Assembly: GCA_964270895.1 (NCBI GenBank) | Contig: OZ185436.1 | From: Podarcis filfolensis | Lineage: Eukaryota | DNA: 64,000 nt | Reading direction: 5' to 3' (one strand) | In this document: positions 1-11,738 of the stretch, one piece after another | Numbering within the stretch: the stretch's first letter is position 1 | How the letters are laid out: every line of letters starts with the position of its first letter | Notes under the pieces: generated by a model | Seen by the model: only the letters and a program-made list of their open reading frames with translations | The model's database searches: none | What the model was told of the DNA's origin: nothing | Program-made: the position numbers and the translations under genes

Positions 1-361
1 TGGAGAACTGAGCCAAAACTAACAAAATGAATTTCAGTAGGGACCAATGTAAGGTTCTACACTTAGGCAGGAAGACCCAGATGCACAAATATAAGATGGG
101 GGGACACCTGGCTTATGAGTAGTACATGTTTAAAGGATCCAGGGGTCTTATTTTCTCCTGTTCCGGAGGCTAGGACCCAAACCAATGGCTTCAAGTTAGA
201 AGAAAGGAGATTGTGACTAAGAACCAGGAAAAAACTTTCAGACAGTAAGAGCTGTTTGACAGTGGAACAAACTCCCTCGGGAGGTTTATAAGCAGAGGGT
301 GGATGGCTATTTGCCCTGGACACTTTATCTGCAATTCCGGCATTGCAAGGGGTTTTACTAG
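1..361 (+). mobile_element. CR1 LINE 3' fragment with internal deletions
   Basis: Typical CR1 ORF2 end and 3' segments (aaatgaatttcagtagggaccaatgtaaggttctacacttagg; accaatggcttcaagttagaagaaaggagatt; gacagtaagagctgtttgacagtggaac). Confidence 0.8.
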
Positions 362-852
362 GGACTACGCTTCTGTGTGAGTTTGGCAAACTGAATTAAG
401 GGCCACATTCGGCAGTGCGGACAAAGGTCTAGGGCAGCCTTCTCCTGAGACACCAACTCCCATCATCCTTTGCTAGTAGGGCCAATGATCAAGTGTGATT
501 GGATGTGTGGGCCCAACAACTTCTGCAGGCCCCAAGTTGGGGAAATCTGGCCTAGGAACAGATCAACAGGGAAGCTGTCGTCCCAGGCAGTCATTTACCA
601 GGCAGTCATTTACCTGCAGATGAGATGAAGCAACTGGAAATTAGGGATGATCACAGAGTGCAGTACACATGCACGTCAGATGATGAGTCATTGCTGCAAG
701 CCTCATAATATTGCTTGGGGCAAAAATAAAAACCAGTGTCTCCAAAATAAACTAGCAGCGTACTCTCCACCTCCCTTAAGACCACCCCCTTATAGAAGGC
801 AAAACCAATGGTATTTCTGAATTGCTGAATGTAGAACATCATCTAGAGAATG

Positions 853-1008
853 CGTATGGTGTATTGTCTGGAGTGCCAGACTAGGAAGACCTGGGTTCAA
901 CCCCCCACTGAGCCATGAGTTTATGGGATGGCCCTGGGCCAGTCATTATCTGTCGTCTTAATCAACCCTCACAGGTTTGTCAGGGAGATTAAAATGGAGT
1001 AAGCACCA
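853..1008 (+). mobile_element. Degenerate MIR-like/CORE SINE
   Basis: tRNA-like head (gactaggaagacctgggttcaacccc) followed by core-like ctcacaggtttgtcagggagattaaaatgg. Confidence 0.5.
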
Positions 1009-1009
1009 T

Positions 1010-1115
1010 GCATGTTCGATCCCCATATGGGACAGCTGCATATTTCTGCAATGCCGGGGGTTGGTCTAGATGATCCTCAGGATCCCTTCCAAATCTACAG
1101 TTCTATGATTCTATG
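1010..1115 (+). mobile_element. SINE/CR1-type 3' tail
   Basis: ggggttggtctagatgatcctcaggatcccttccaaatctacagttctatgattctatg, the CR1-type (ATTCTATG) terminus. Confidence 0.7.
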
Positions 1116-1879
1116 TATTCCACCCTAAGCACCTTGAGTGGACTGCAGAAATAAGCAGTACGGAAACAAGAATATTCTCAAATACGACTTTTTTCAGAAA
1201 ACAAGAGATACTTGCAACAACATATAATTTACTAAGCCCTCAGACATCCCATCCATCTTGAACACTGGTTTTGCTGGTTTGGGCTGAAGGGAATTGGAAT
1301 CCAAGAGTGTCTAGGAACACCAGTTTAGAGAAAGGGGATTAGGATAGGCCTATAGGGGCTTTCCTCATCTAAAATAAAGCCCTGAATGGATTAGAGTTTT
1401 GAAAGGGTCAAAACTAGGGTAATAGCAATATCTGAAAAAGAGTGGGTTCGCCTCCCCCAAAAAAGAATAATTCTTCAAGTTCAACCCTCCTACTAATACC
1501 ATGAAAAATTGAACCGGTGCTTCCTTTCAATTGAATACAAAGGAGTTAAATAGCAGTGACTCCTCCTCACTGGTGCCACCACTTTCCCACTTGTTTTCTT
1601 ACCCAAGTTTTACTTGGTAGCAATGGGGCGGTTTCACAGCTTCCGCAGTCCCTAAATACTGCTGCAGTGGAAAGAAATAAAACAAACAGGACATTCTTCA
1701 TGGTTCCTTGAAGCCATTGCAGCACACTGCGGCAGGCTTCGGGGCAGGCCAAACTACAAGACCTTGCTGCCACCAAGGGAGCTTGGAACTTGAGGGAGTT
1801 AGTCCTCAGGGGCACACCACACTCCCAAGTAATGCCTTTAGGAGTGTGGTGCAGCCCAAAATTTGGAATGGGCTTCCTT

Positions 1880-2292
1880 TATTGCTCAACTCCATTCACT
1901 GCAGGTCTGGTGGTCCAAAGTGTGGTACACAGCCTTAGCAGAGATAAGAGGCTGCTGTGGGATGTGAAATTGGACAATGCTTTCATAAACACTTGGGGTC
2001 CCTTCGTAACATTTACAATGGGACAAGGCGAGTCAGTGGTACCTCTGAGTAATCAGAGATTTACTACCACTACCGCTTTATTTACTAGTACTTTTGGTTT
2101 TTGTGTGATTAATAAGTCAGTCAATAGACTAAATGCGATGACGCTACCCCTTCAGTAAACTCCCTATATGTAGGAATAGCATGCACCAAGTTGAAGTTTT
2201 TCTTTTTATTCCTTATTGATTTAATACTTTGCCTATGTGTTTGTTAAATAAATAAAAAATTCAATGAAAATTACAAATCAAATAAAAAAAAA
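1880..2292 (+). mobile_element. Decayed L1-type LINE 3' end
   Basis: Frameshifted ORF2 C-terminal-like peptide LQVWWSKVWYTALAE / KRLLWDVKLDNAFINTWGPFVTF, then a T-rich 3' UTR, AATAAA and an A-run. Confidence 0.55.
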
Positions 2293-3843
2293 ACCCCTTT
2301 ATTTTCAATTTACTCAGAAAATAAATGGTTTTAATCAGGTCTGTTCTGCACTGAGCCAGACTCAAAAACCCGTAAGAACTCTGCTAAAACTTAATTCCTA
2401 CAAAAACAACTTGGGGTGGAATACCTGCATTGCCCAAGGCTCTGTGTTGAACTCTCCTCCCCCCCCCAAAAAAATATGCTGTGGATGTTGGTTATATATA
2501 GGAGAACGAGACTGCATCAATTACCAGCTTTTGCCTGGAACATCAGATGCTGTCCAAGAATATAATCCCCTGCATTCTCTAGACCCTTGTAATTCTCAGC
2601 ACTATAAGGAGAGTGAAAACCTGAAACACTTTTCATTCCACTGAAAAGAACTTCTAAGTGATAGTTTAGAAAGGTTTAGTGTGATCCTCAGTCACTGTTG
2701 GCTGCATCCTTTCTCCTGGCCAACATCTGATTCGAGGTGTGGGGTGACAATTTTTCTTTTCAGTAGGGAGTTAAAAACACTCACCCACAAAATGTAAGCA
2801 GTGACATGTGCACATGATGACAGTGTGTTAAAAGGCTGTATACCAAGCCTTTCTTCTGAACCCAGGACCGGTTACTGATCTTGGATGAATAGTCAACGGC
2901 ATACATGCTGACTCGTGTAGGTATAGGATTTTACCCTCACTGATTAGGAAAATGACATTTTTAAAGGTATGAAAAATTTATACTTATGTTCAACCTGCTG
3001 GCAGGCCCTGACGGGGGTTGTAGTTCAACAGCGTCTGCGACACACCTGGTTGGCCAAGCCTGCTCCACAGCATGGCAGGGGGAAATAGCATCGCAGGGCT
3101 AACCTCAGGTGACTTTCCTGCCCTTAGCAGAGAGCTGCACTATGCGTTGCTCTTGCCACCTGCCAAAAGAGCAGTTGATGGTGGCTTAGCATCATGGAAG
3201 CAGGGGGAGAAGGGGGTGAAAGTGGTAGAACGGGTAGGATTTACAAAATAAAATGCCTCATTTTTCTTTTAAGAAAAGTAGAGAGCTGTTGGTTCCTCGC
3301 CACCGCTGCCGCCCTACCCCAACTCGGCTTTATCTGGGAGAGGATTATTTTCAGGTTGCACATTGAAACTAAAGGATGCTTGCGGTTATCTCTGACAGCA
3401 GCTTCAAAGAATGTGGAATTGGCTAATGGCCACAGGGGTGAGGCAGGGAGATCGTGTGGTTAGTTTTACCCGGCTGGAACAGTGCCAGAGAAAGAGGTTA
3501 GCACTCCTTAATCTTGCTAGAGGCACCTGTATCTTAAAAATCTCAGGCGCTTTCCAGCCTTGAACACATCAATGGGAACGGTGTGCAGTCAGCATTTCCT
3601 TGTAAAATGCAGGAAGAGAGAGCAAGTTTCGGCATATTGAAAAAACTCTGCATCTCACAAGATGTAAATCCGTGTATATCATGGTTAAGCTATAAACTAT
3701 AGAGCAGATCATAAAACTTTGGAACAGCTGACGACGGAAAACAAAGGAATGTTTATGTGAGTGTACACAATGAAAAATGTTTGTGTTCTGAATCTGATGG
3801 TTTTAATACAGAGCAACTCTCCCTTCTCATACAGAATGGAAAC

Positions 3844-3844
<1 letters not shown>

Positions 3845-3887
<43 letters not shown>

Positions 3888-4300
3888 GTTTATTAATTCA
3901 TTCAATTTATATACCACCCTTTATCAAAAGATCCCAGGGGGGTGTAAAACATTAAGAACACATTACGGATCACCAGTAATAATTAAAAAATAAAATAAAA
4001 AGCATAACAACAGACAGCATAATAACAAAATAATCGTAATAATAGCTCCCTCCCCCAGCTTTAACAGGCCATAGATTATTTAATAGTAGAAGGCATGGGT
4101 AAAGAGGAATGCTTTTGCCTGGCACCTAAAGACATGTAATGATGGCACCAGGCAAGCCAATGAAAAGGCCTGTTCTCTTACTGCCACCTTCTGAAACTCT
4201 GTGGAAGGAGGAACATAGAGAACGGCCTCATAAGACAAGCACAGAGTCCAGGTCGGTTTTTATGGGGAAAGGTGGTCCTTAAGGTATTGAGGTCCTGATC
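3845..4300 (-). mobile_element. L2-type LINE 3' end with (TAA)n tail
   Basis: (TTA)14 microsatellite at 3845-3887 followed by tttatataccaccc... and gcttttgcctggcacctaaagacatgtaatgatggcaccaggc, typical of the reverse strand of squamate L2 3' ends. Confidence 0.7.
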
Positions 4301-5187
4301 AGTGTAATGGCAGCTTAAAATTAAATGAATGAATAAAAAGTGCATTATTCAGTATTCACAGATTTTACCTATACATTGTATATATCTCGTTGTTTGAAAT
4401 CAACCCTTTTTATATACACTGAACTGCTTGCATAAGAGATGAACTGGTATTTCTGGCCTGTATCAGAGAGAGCTGATATAATAATCAATTTTTTATCATC
4501 TATGTCACAACAATTACTGGTACTGTTTGGTGTAAGTACATACCCTTTGCAAGCTTGTAGGGTAAGAGTGGAGTGGCTTTGCTGAGTGTTCAATCACATA
4601 CATACCCAAACCCACCCCCCTTATGTTGAATGTACCCTTAGTGGCATAGACTCGAATGTATCTGGTTTTCTTTTCTTATTTTGTGACGTATAAATATTTA
4701 TAATGTGGGTTTACATGTGCACCCATCTCACATACTTTAGCATTAATCAAGATGTTGTTGTAACGGAAGATTTAATCTGCACAAAAACTTAGCCAATACC
4801 CCAAAGGAAAGCTCACGTGAAGCAAAACCTGCCCTCTACCCTTGTCATCCATGCAGGCAGCGACAAGCAAGTGAATGTACAGGAGATAAGATTACTTTCA
4901 CCACCAGCATTCCATTCCTAAGAAACTATTTTACGTTTACCATGAGCTTTCTGTATGCATTATACAAATATCCCCCACCTCAGAATTGTTTCACTGAGAG
5001 ATACTCACATTAAGCGAAATGAAATACATAGAGAAAATTCACTCATTTTGTAAATCACATTGAAATGGGTGGCTTAGGTGGTGATTAAGAAATTTACTGT
5101 AATAGTAATAATAAATTTGGCACACTAGTTGAATCTAGCTAGGCAAAATGTGCCCAGCTTGATTCTGAGAGGGGGAAATAAAATTGA

Positions 5188-5216
<29 letters not shown>
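5188..5216. repeat. (CA)n microsatellite
   Basis: Direct reading. Confidence 0.95.
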
Positions 5217-5219
<3 letters not shown>

Positions 5220-5379
5220 GTCAAACATTTGATGAAGGGCTTTTAATTCTCAGCATAAACATTTAAGAAAACTATAATACAAGACCTCCCATGTAGACAA
5301 TTCTTTTTGATGAAAAACATTTAAGACACCTGCAAATCTAGCCTTATAGAGAAAAACAGGCATGGTTATTGCAAGGACT

Positions 5380-5690
5380 GTACCTCAGAGGGCAGATCAC
5401 ATACATTGCCTGCAGAAGGTCCCATGTTCATTAAAAGGATTGCTGTTAATTGTATGTGTTAGTTGCTATATATATATAGAGAGAGAGAGAGAGAATGCCT
5501 CAAAGCAGCTTAAAAAGAAGGCAAAACACAAGACAAAATAAAAGACAAATCAAAAACAAGTATAGTATGCAGATGGTGAGAAAGATTTCTGCCTGAAGCT
5601 CTGGAGAAACACAGCCTGTCCCACTAGATAATACTGGGCTAGATAGACCAGTGACTCGACCTCATACAAGGTGACTTCCTGTGTTCCTAA
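5380..5690 (+). mobile_element. tRNA-derived squamate SINE (Squam3-like), split by a (TA)n(GA)n/A-rich insert
   Basis: Head ctcagagggcagatcac...gcagaaggtcccatgttca; tail gaaagatttctgcctgaagctctggag...ctagatagacca...ttcctgtgttccta. Confidence 0.55.
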
Positions 5691-5989
5691 TCACATGTGC
5701 AGTGCCCCTATGTCTTATAAACAACCAAGGTATTCTGCCCTGGCAAGTAACATTATATTGCTCCATAATCCCTATGATTAGAAGGGCAGGGCTTCCAGGT
5801 CAGAGGGTGAAGTTTACAGGTGTAATCAAGTCCAGGCACTTCTCCTTTAAGAAATTACCTGAAGTCTATGGTTGGCTTGCAGAAGGAGGTGCTGCAAAAA
5901 TGTTTGCTTTTGGGTAAAGGAGCTGAGTTGTCTTGTTAAAACCGATCAACGCCTTCAAGCAGTATAGCTCAGATAGATGTCAGTATGTA

Positions 5990-7442
5990 CCGTATTTTTC
6001 GCTCTATAACACGCACTTTTTTGCTCCTAGAAAGTAAGGGGAAATGCCTGTGCGTGTTATGGAGCGAATGCACTGGACTGGAGCCCTGGCTGCCGTCAGT
6101 CAAGCAAAGCGTCTGTCCCGCTTTGCGCGGCTCTCGCTTTGCTTGCTTTAAAGCAACCTACGGAGGAGCCGGGGAGGAGGGAGTGAAGGAGAGCCATGGC
6201 AGCAAAGCGGGAAGCAGCTGCTTACACGGGAGGAGGGACAGACGGGAGCCATAGCGAGCCGGAAGGAGGCAGGCGGTTAAACGCCAGCAGGCGCTTTTAA
6301 AAGCGTTGCGTAGTCAGCAACAGCTGCTGCAGCCTCAGCTAGCAAAGGTCTCTCTCTAAACGGAGCAACGTTTGCTCTAAACGGAGCAATGAGGCTGCAG
6401 AGGGACGGCAGGGCACAGGAGGGGTTGGATTGGGAAGGGAAAAGATTAAGCAACCAGCAGCAAAAAAAAACCCAACCTCAAGCTCTGAGCCACGAACGCA
6501 GTGAAAACCAGGAAGTAAAAAAAAAAGGCTGGGGAAGGCAAGGGATAAGGGAGAGGGGAAAACTATGCAAATCCCCCCACCTCCTCAGCTGATCCGCTGG
6601 GGACGGGAGCTGGAGTGTGCTTTTTTACTTCTGCAGCTTGTTTTCAGGCAGGATAGATTTGAGCATTGTCTGGGTCCTAGTGCCCTTACCGCTTTTTTGT
6701 GCTCCATTCTATTGCTGCTGGTGGCTGCTTATCTCTCAAACTGAACCTGATACCAGTAGCCACGTGTACAAACAAAGTAGAAGGCTGCAAGCAGGAGCGC
6801 TTTTACACAGCTAATGGCGAATCCCCTGCAATCCAAGTCCTCCTCACTTGCTCAAATCTATTCTGCCTCAAAACAAGGAGCGGAAGGAAGAGGCGGCAAA
6901 CTGTTAAATGGAAAAAAACCCCAGGCACAGGGCAAATACCTTATGTATACCTTTAAAGCAACAGTGCTCTTTCCCTCCCTCCTCCCCACTTAGCTCGCCG
7001 AAAAGCTCCTTCTCCACCCACCCCACGCGTGTTCCTTGTCCCTTGAGTGCTTTTCCTTCCCTCCCCACTTAAAACGTGGTTACAAAGCACGGATCCACAT
7101 GGATCCTCAGGATTTTTGCACTGGGTCACCCCAAATTCACCATCAGATCACATAGCATGTCCATGGCTGCAGCCAGCACCAAAAAACACACACGCACCCA
7201 CTGTTTCATGGGGCCGCAATGGCGCAAAAACATGGTTACAAAGCATGGATCCACATGGATTCTCAGGACTTTTGCATTGGGCTACCCCAAACTCACCGTC
7301 AGATCACGTGTCTGTGGCCACAGCATGAACCACAAAAATCATACATCCACTGTTTCGTTTAGAATATTTTTTTCTTGTTTTCCTCCTCTAAAAATTACGT
7401 GCGTGTTATGGTCAGGTGCGTGTTATAGAGCGAAAAATACGG
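5990..7442. mobile_element. Non-autonomous Tc1/mariner-superfamily (Tc2/Kanga-like) DNA transposon, 1453 bp
   Basis: Perfect 27-bp TIR CCGTATTTTTCGCTCTATAACACGCAC at both ends; TA at 5988-89 and 7443-44; no transposase ORF. CCGTA termini are characteristic of the Tc2 group. Confidence 0.9.
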
Positions 7443-9917
7443 TAATCTATATACAGAAAGCTGAAGTACCAGAGGGAATATTTCCTTGCCTAGCCCTCTT
7501 CTTGGTTGGCTCATTTCAACCTGGAGGAAGAGTTTGAAGCACTATCTTTCAGAACAAGTGGTCTACCATGTGTGGTGAAGTTGTAAAGCCCTGCTGCAAG
7601 GCTCTACCAGATGTCCCCCTGGCTGAGCTACACATGTAGAACCAACCCTGCTGGCAATGCACCTCTTTAGAATATTAGGCGTGGGGGGAATGTCATGTTT
7701 CCATGGCCTCATGTGTTTAAAAACAATGTACATACAAACACTACACATGCGCAAAGCCAGCATGTCAGGAAAAAGCATGTCAGGCTTCTAGGCATGCTCA
7801 ATGTGCATGAGAGTAATAGCTTTGATGAGGTAAGGAGTTCAAACAAATGGTACTCCAAAGTCCATAAAGATTCTGCTATATTGCTCTGCTTTAAGGTAAG
7901 ACAGCCAGTAGACTATGTTTGACTTGGTAATAACAGGCTTCTGCATATTTCTACTTAAAAAAAAGAAAAAACTGTTGGCAGAGCCAAGGCTAAGTGCCCT
8001 TTAACTTGCAAAGCAGTTACATCCCTGATCACAATGAGGCAGGGAGAGACAGAGAGATGTAAGCGTAGGCAAAAGAAATGGAACGGGATAGCAGATTTCG
8101 GGAGAGGTCATTCCTCACACACATAAAGCAGACTTGGCAAGCATAAGGTTCAAAGTTCACTCTTTGGCATCATCATGGAATGTAGCTAAAATCCTAAGCC
8201 TCTGGAGAGTGGCTGTCCATTGGACTAAACCAAGGATGGCGAATCTGTAGCCTTCCAGGCGTTGTTGGACTCCAGTTCCCATCAGTCCCAGCCAGAAATG
8301 ATAAGAAGTGGGGTCAACAACATGCAGAGGGCAACAGGACTAGACGAAACTAGGCTATGTTTCCGAGAGTTTCCTAGAGACAGAATAAGGCTAAATTCCA
8401 GTTGCTGGAAGGCAACAGCATACTCTACTTCTGGGCTTTCCCAGAAGCATCTCACTGACCATTGTGAAGAAAAAGACACTTAACTGGATGTACCATCTGA
8501 CTGACTGGCTATACTTTGATAACCAAACTGAGGTTATATGCATCACTTTTTCTGTGTGTGCAGAAAGAAACTATTTCGACACCTGATGCACCAATCACAC
8601 CAGTCTCTGTACACCTCTATCTCACACCCTTGCTAAACATATGTATTTATTTCTCCTTGCAGCTACTCCTCGCTTAGTTGCCTTTGCTTACTTTTACAGT
8701 TTACCGCACATGGCAAACAAAGAACCACCCTCTTTGCAAAGAAACTGTTTGTACTATCATCTCTTCTTCCATGACTCCTTTTCGTAGGAGTCACTGTTTC
8801 CAGAAGCTGGCTGGCATCGAAACTTGCCACCCGCTTTCCCTTCCTTTTGTGGTCTATGCTGTGTAGCTACTGCAGGAGCTGCGTAAGTGTGTGTGTCGCT
8901 TTGGAAAATAAACTGCAGAATGTCTATTTTTATGTGTGGTGGTGCGCAGAAACACTTGCCATTTGCTGCATCACCATTCCCAGTAATTGGTATTAATTAA
9001 GCACAGATTAACAAGCACAGATTCCCCTAGAATTGTCTCAAATGGTGTGAAAGATTGACTGCTGTGACAACTAAGTGTTTAAGGCTGTAATCCTAAGCAC
9101 AATTATTTGGGCTTAAGTCACACTAAACTAAAAAGAACTTATTTCTGAGGAAATATTAAGTATTAATAAGTACATTTAAAAACCTACCTTTCCTCTAAGG
9201 AACTGAAGCTGGTGTACATAGTTCTCTTCCCACGCCCCCAGGAAATAACTCTGACTTTCTTTAATGGCAAGTGGTATAAAAACACTGTCAGATACATTCC
9301 TTCATATTTAAAATAAACCCAGTGAGGTTAAGCTGAGTGACTACCCCATGGTCATCCAGTGAGTTTCACGAGTGGGTGGGTATTTGAAAATTCGTCTCCC
9401 CAGTCCTAGTCTGACACACTAACCATTATACCACACTAGCCTAGATGCACAATTCATGACTCCTAAGCAGTGCTATTTTTCTAGAAAAAGAGGTGCCAGA
9501 ACTCTCCATGAACACCTCCCTTATAATGACAATGGCAACCACCTGAGAGGTGATGGAACTGAGTTCCTGTGAGTTCTGGCTGAAAAGCCCTGGTAGTAAG
9601 TAGTAACATACAAAGATGCTTTGCTTAAGAATGAGCAGTGTTATACCTAAATTGTCAACTTTCCTTTTACCCTGGAAGCCCAGGTTAAGCCCCAGGTTAA
9701 GACTAGCCAGGCGTCTTCCAAACCAGTGTTTTACCAAAGAGCAGGCAATTACAGGCAATTGTTCAGGAACAACAACCAAACAACAACAGCAGAGCAGCAG
9801 CAGCAACAACAACTCTTTTGGACACAAAAGCAAGATATGTTTTTTTAAAAAATGAAAACAAATTCACTGAATAATTTGATCACTGCATAGTCAAGCCATT
9901 GCTTGTTTATTCTAGAT

Positions 9918-10053
9918 CAGGTATGGCTAACCTGTGGTCTTCCAGGAGTCACTGAACTACAACTCCCATCATCCCAGCCAACATGGCCAATGGTCAGGAA
10001 TGATGGGAGTTAAGTCCAATGACATCTGGAGAGCCACAGGGTCAGCTACTCTT
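9918..10053. mobile_element. hAT-type MITE remnant
   Basis: cagg...ctgtggtcttccagg...actacaactcccatcatccc / tgatgggagt...ctggagagccacagg inverted arms; preceded by TTCTAGAT. Confidence 0.7.
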
Positions 10054-11031
10054 GTACCAAATGAATAACTGATGGTTGGATAAACAAAACAAAATTGAGG
10101 CATGCTGACTAATTGTTTCTGGATTATTTACCTGCATTGTTGTAGAACAGTTGGGGACATGGGAAAGAGTATTTTCTGTGGCAGACCTCTTGTCCAGTAA
10201 GATCTGCCTCTTTTACGGTATTAAATGAATTCCACATTGCGATACTTTTTCAAATATAGACGTCTGCTAAAAAATCTGGCTAGATGTACCACTCCTACAC
10301 ATACCTGACTTGTATTCTGAGACAGCAGCAAAATGTGCAGCTGGCAGAAAATGCATTTGAGGTGTTGACCCCTAAATGATCTAGGGAGCAGGAAGAAGAG
10401 CAGAATAGCTAGCTCTTGGCATCGATATGCAGATAAAGCACAGAGGTGTGGCTGCAAAGAAGCAAGGTGCGTTTTCCCTGCAGGATAGTCACGTGCATTA
10501 AAGCATCCCTGCTACACTCAGCAAGGGAAATTAGCTCTTCCAGAAGTTTATGATTTGCACGTGTTTATGATTTATGAGTTGGGACAGTTCCTATACACAT
10601 CATATGCCCAGGGAGGAGGAAAGGGGCCTTTTAGGGATGGCAAGAGAAAGCAGTGGGGCAGGACCATGCCCTCTATTTTGGTAGGGTAAGAGGGTTAGGT
10701 TTATTTTGTTCTGATATGCTGCTTACGATGGATGACAAAAGGTTTTAGCCTACCCACCTATCCTCATGCCACACCACAGGTTCACCTGTGATGCCACTGG
10801 CCCCTCAGTGAGATGGACAAAGAATTTATTCTAATACGTTTTAGTACAGACCTAATCATGGCAAATGGACATGTCCTTTCCAAAAGGCCTGCTCCCCTAC
10901 TTTTGATGGCAGACAGACACACAGAAAGTCAGTGGGCAAAGCTTTTCCCATTGGTTCTCTCCCTGGCAAGAAGAAGTGTCATGCATTACACAACTGCATG
11001 CCAGGGAAGGGTTAAAAATATGGAGGCAAAG

Positions 11032-11033
11032 GA

Positions 11034-11080
<47 letters not shown>
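11032..11080. repeat. (AAAG)n microsatellite
   Basis: About 12 units, direct reading. Confidence 0.95.
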
Positions 11081-11081
<1 letters not shown>

Positions 11082-11651
11082 GAAAGGGCAAGCCTAAATG
11101 AGTGGATGCACAAACTAGGCCATATATTTCTGTGAAGTTTGTATAAAATAGTTCCCACAAAGGTGGCAAGTCCATTCCCCCCCCTCTATTGGCCCATGAC
11201 AGCTTCTTTAACAGCTGTGGGAGAAACAGAACAGGCACACATTTCCCCTACCACTGCAAAAAAGGCTGTATTGTGCCTCTCACACAGTGTTTATTTAAAT
11301 ATTTAAAGGCCCCAGTTTCATAAAAATACAACAAGTCGGTATACAACAGAAAACCCCCTGACATGACAATAAAATCAATAAAAGGGTCAATGAAAAATGG
11401 CAGATGAAAAGAAATTCACATTTCAAAAGGCCTGTTTCAATAACAGAGTAATCAGGGTGATTCCTGCCAAACTTCTGTTGGCAGGGAGTTCCACTGGGCA
11501 GCGCCTGCTGCACTAAAGGTTCAGTCCCTAATAAAAGCTAGATTACACTGGATTCAGTTCTTTCACTGAACAGAGGAACACTTTGCTAATCATCTTTTTT
11601 TAAAGTTGCACCCGCACCTATGTATTACAAAACACACAGAGAGAGACTTAC

Positions 11652-11738
11652 CTTCCTAGGCTTGACTTTATCTTGTAAATCGTACTGGCCGATTCCTTTA
11701 TAACTGATCCCGAGCCACCATGGGATCCCTTGTTTATC
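11652..11738 (-). CDS. FRMD4B: FRMD4B exon, 87 nt, phase 0-0: DKQGIPWWLGISYKGIGQYDLQDKVKPRK
   Basis: Acceptor gtgtcctttctgttcttcag|GAT, donor AAG|gtaagt; start of FERM C-lobe; visible inside ORF 11625..11837. Confidence 0.97.

Noticed and set aside
7047-7537. ORFs with internally repeated peptides
   Set aside because: Explained by the tandem duplication inside the Tc2-like element; no transposase motifs.
1-11651. Expected next FRMD4B exon (LFQWKQLENLYFREKKF...)
   Set aside because: Searched by eye on the minus strand and not found; it most likely lies left of the window, so no gene truncation is claimed.
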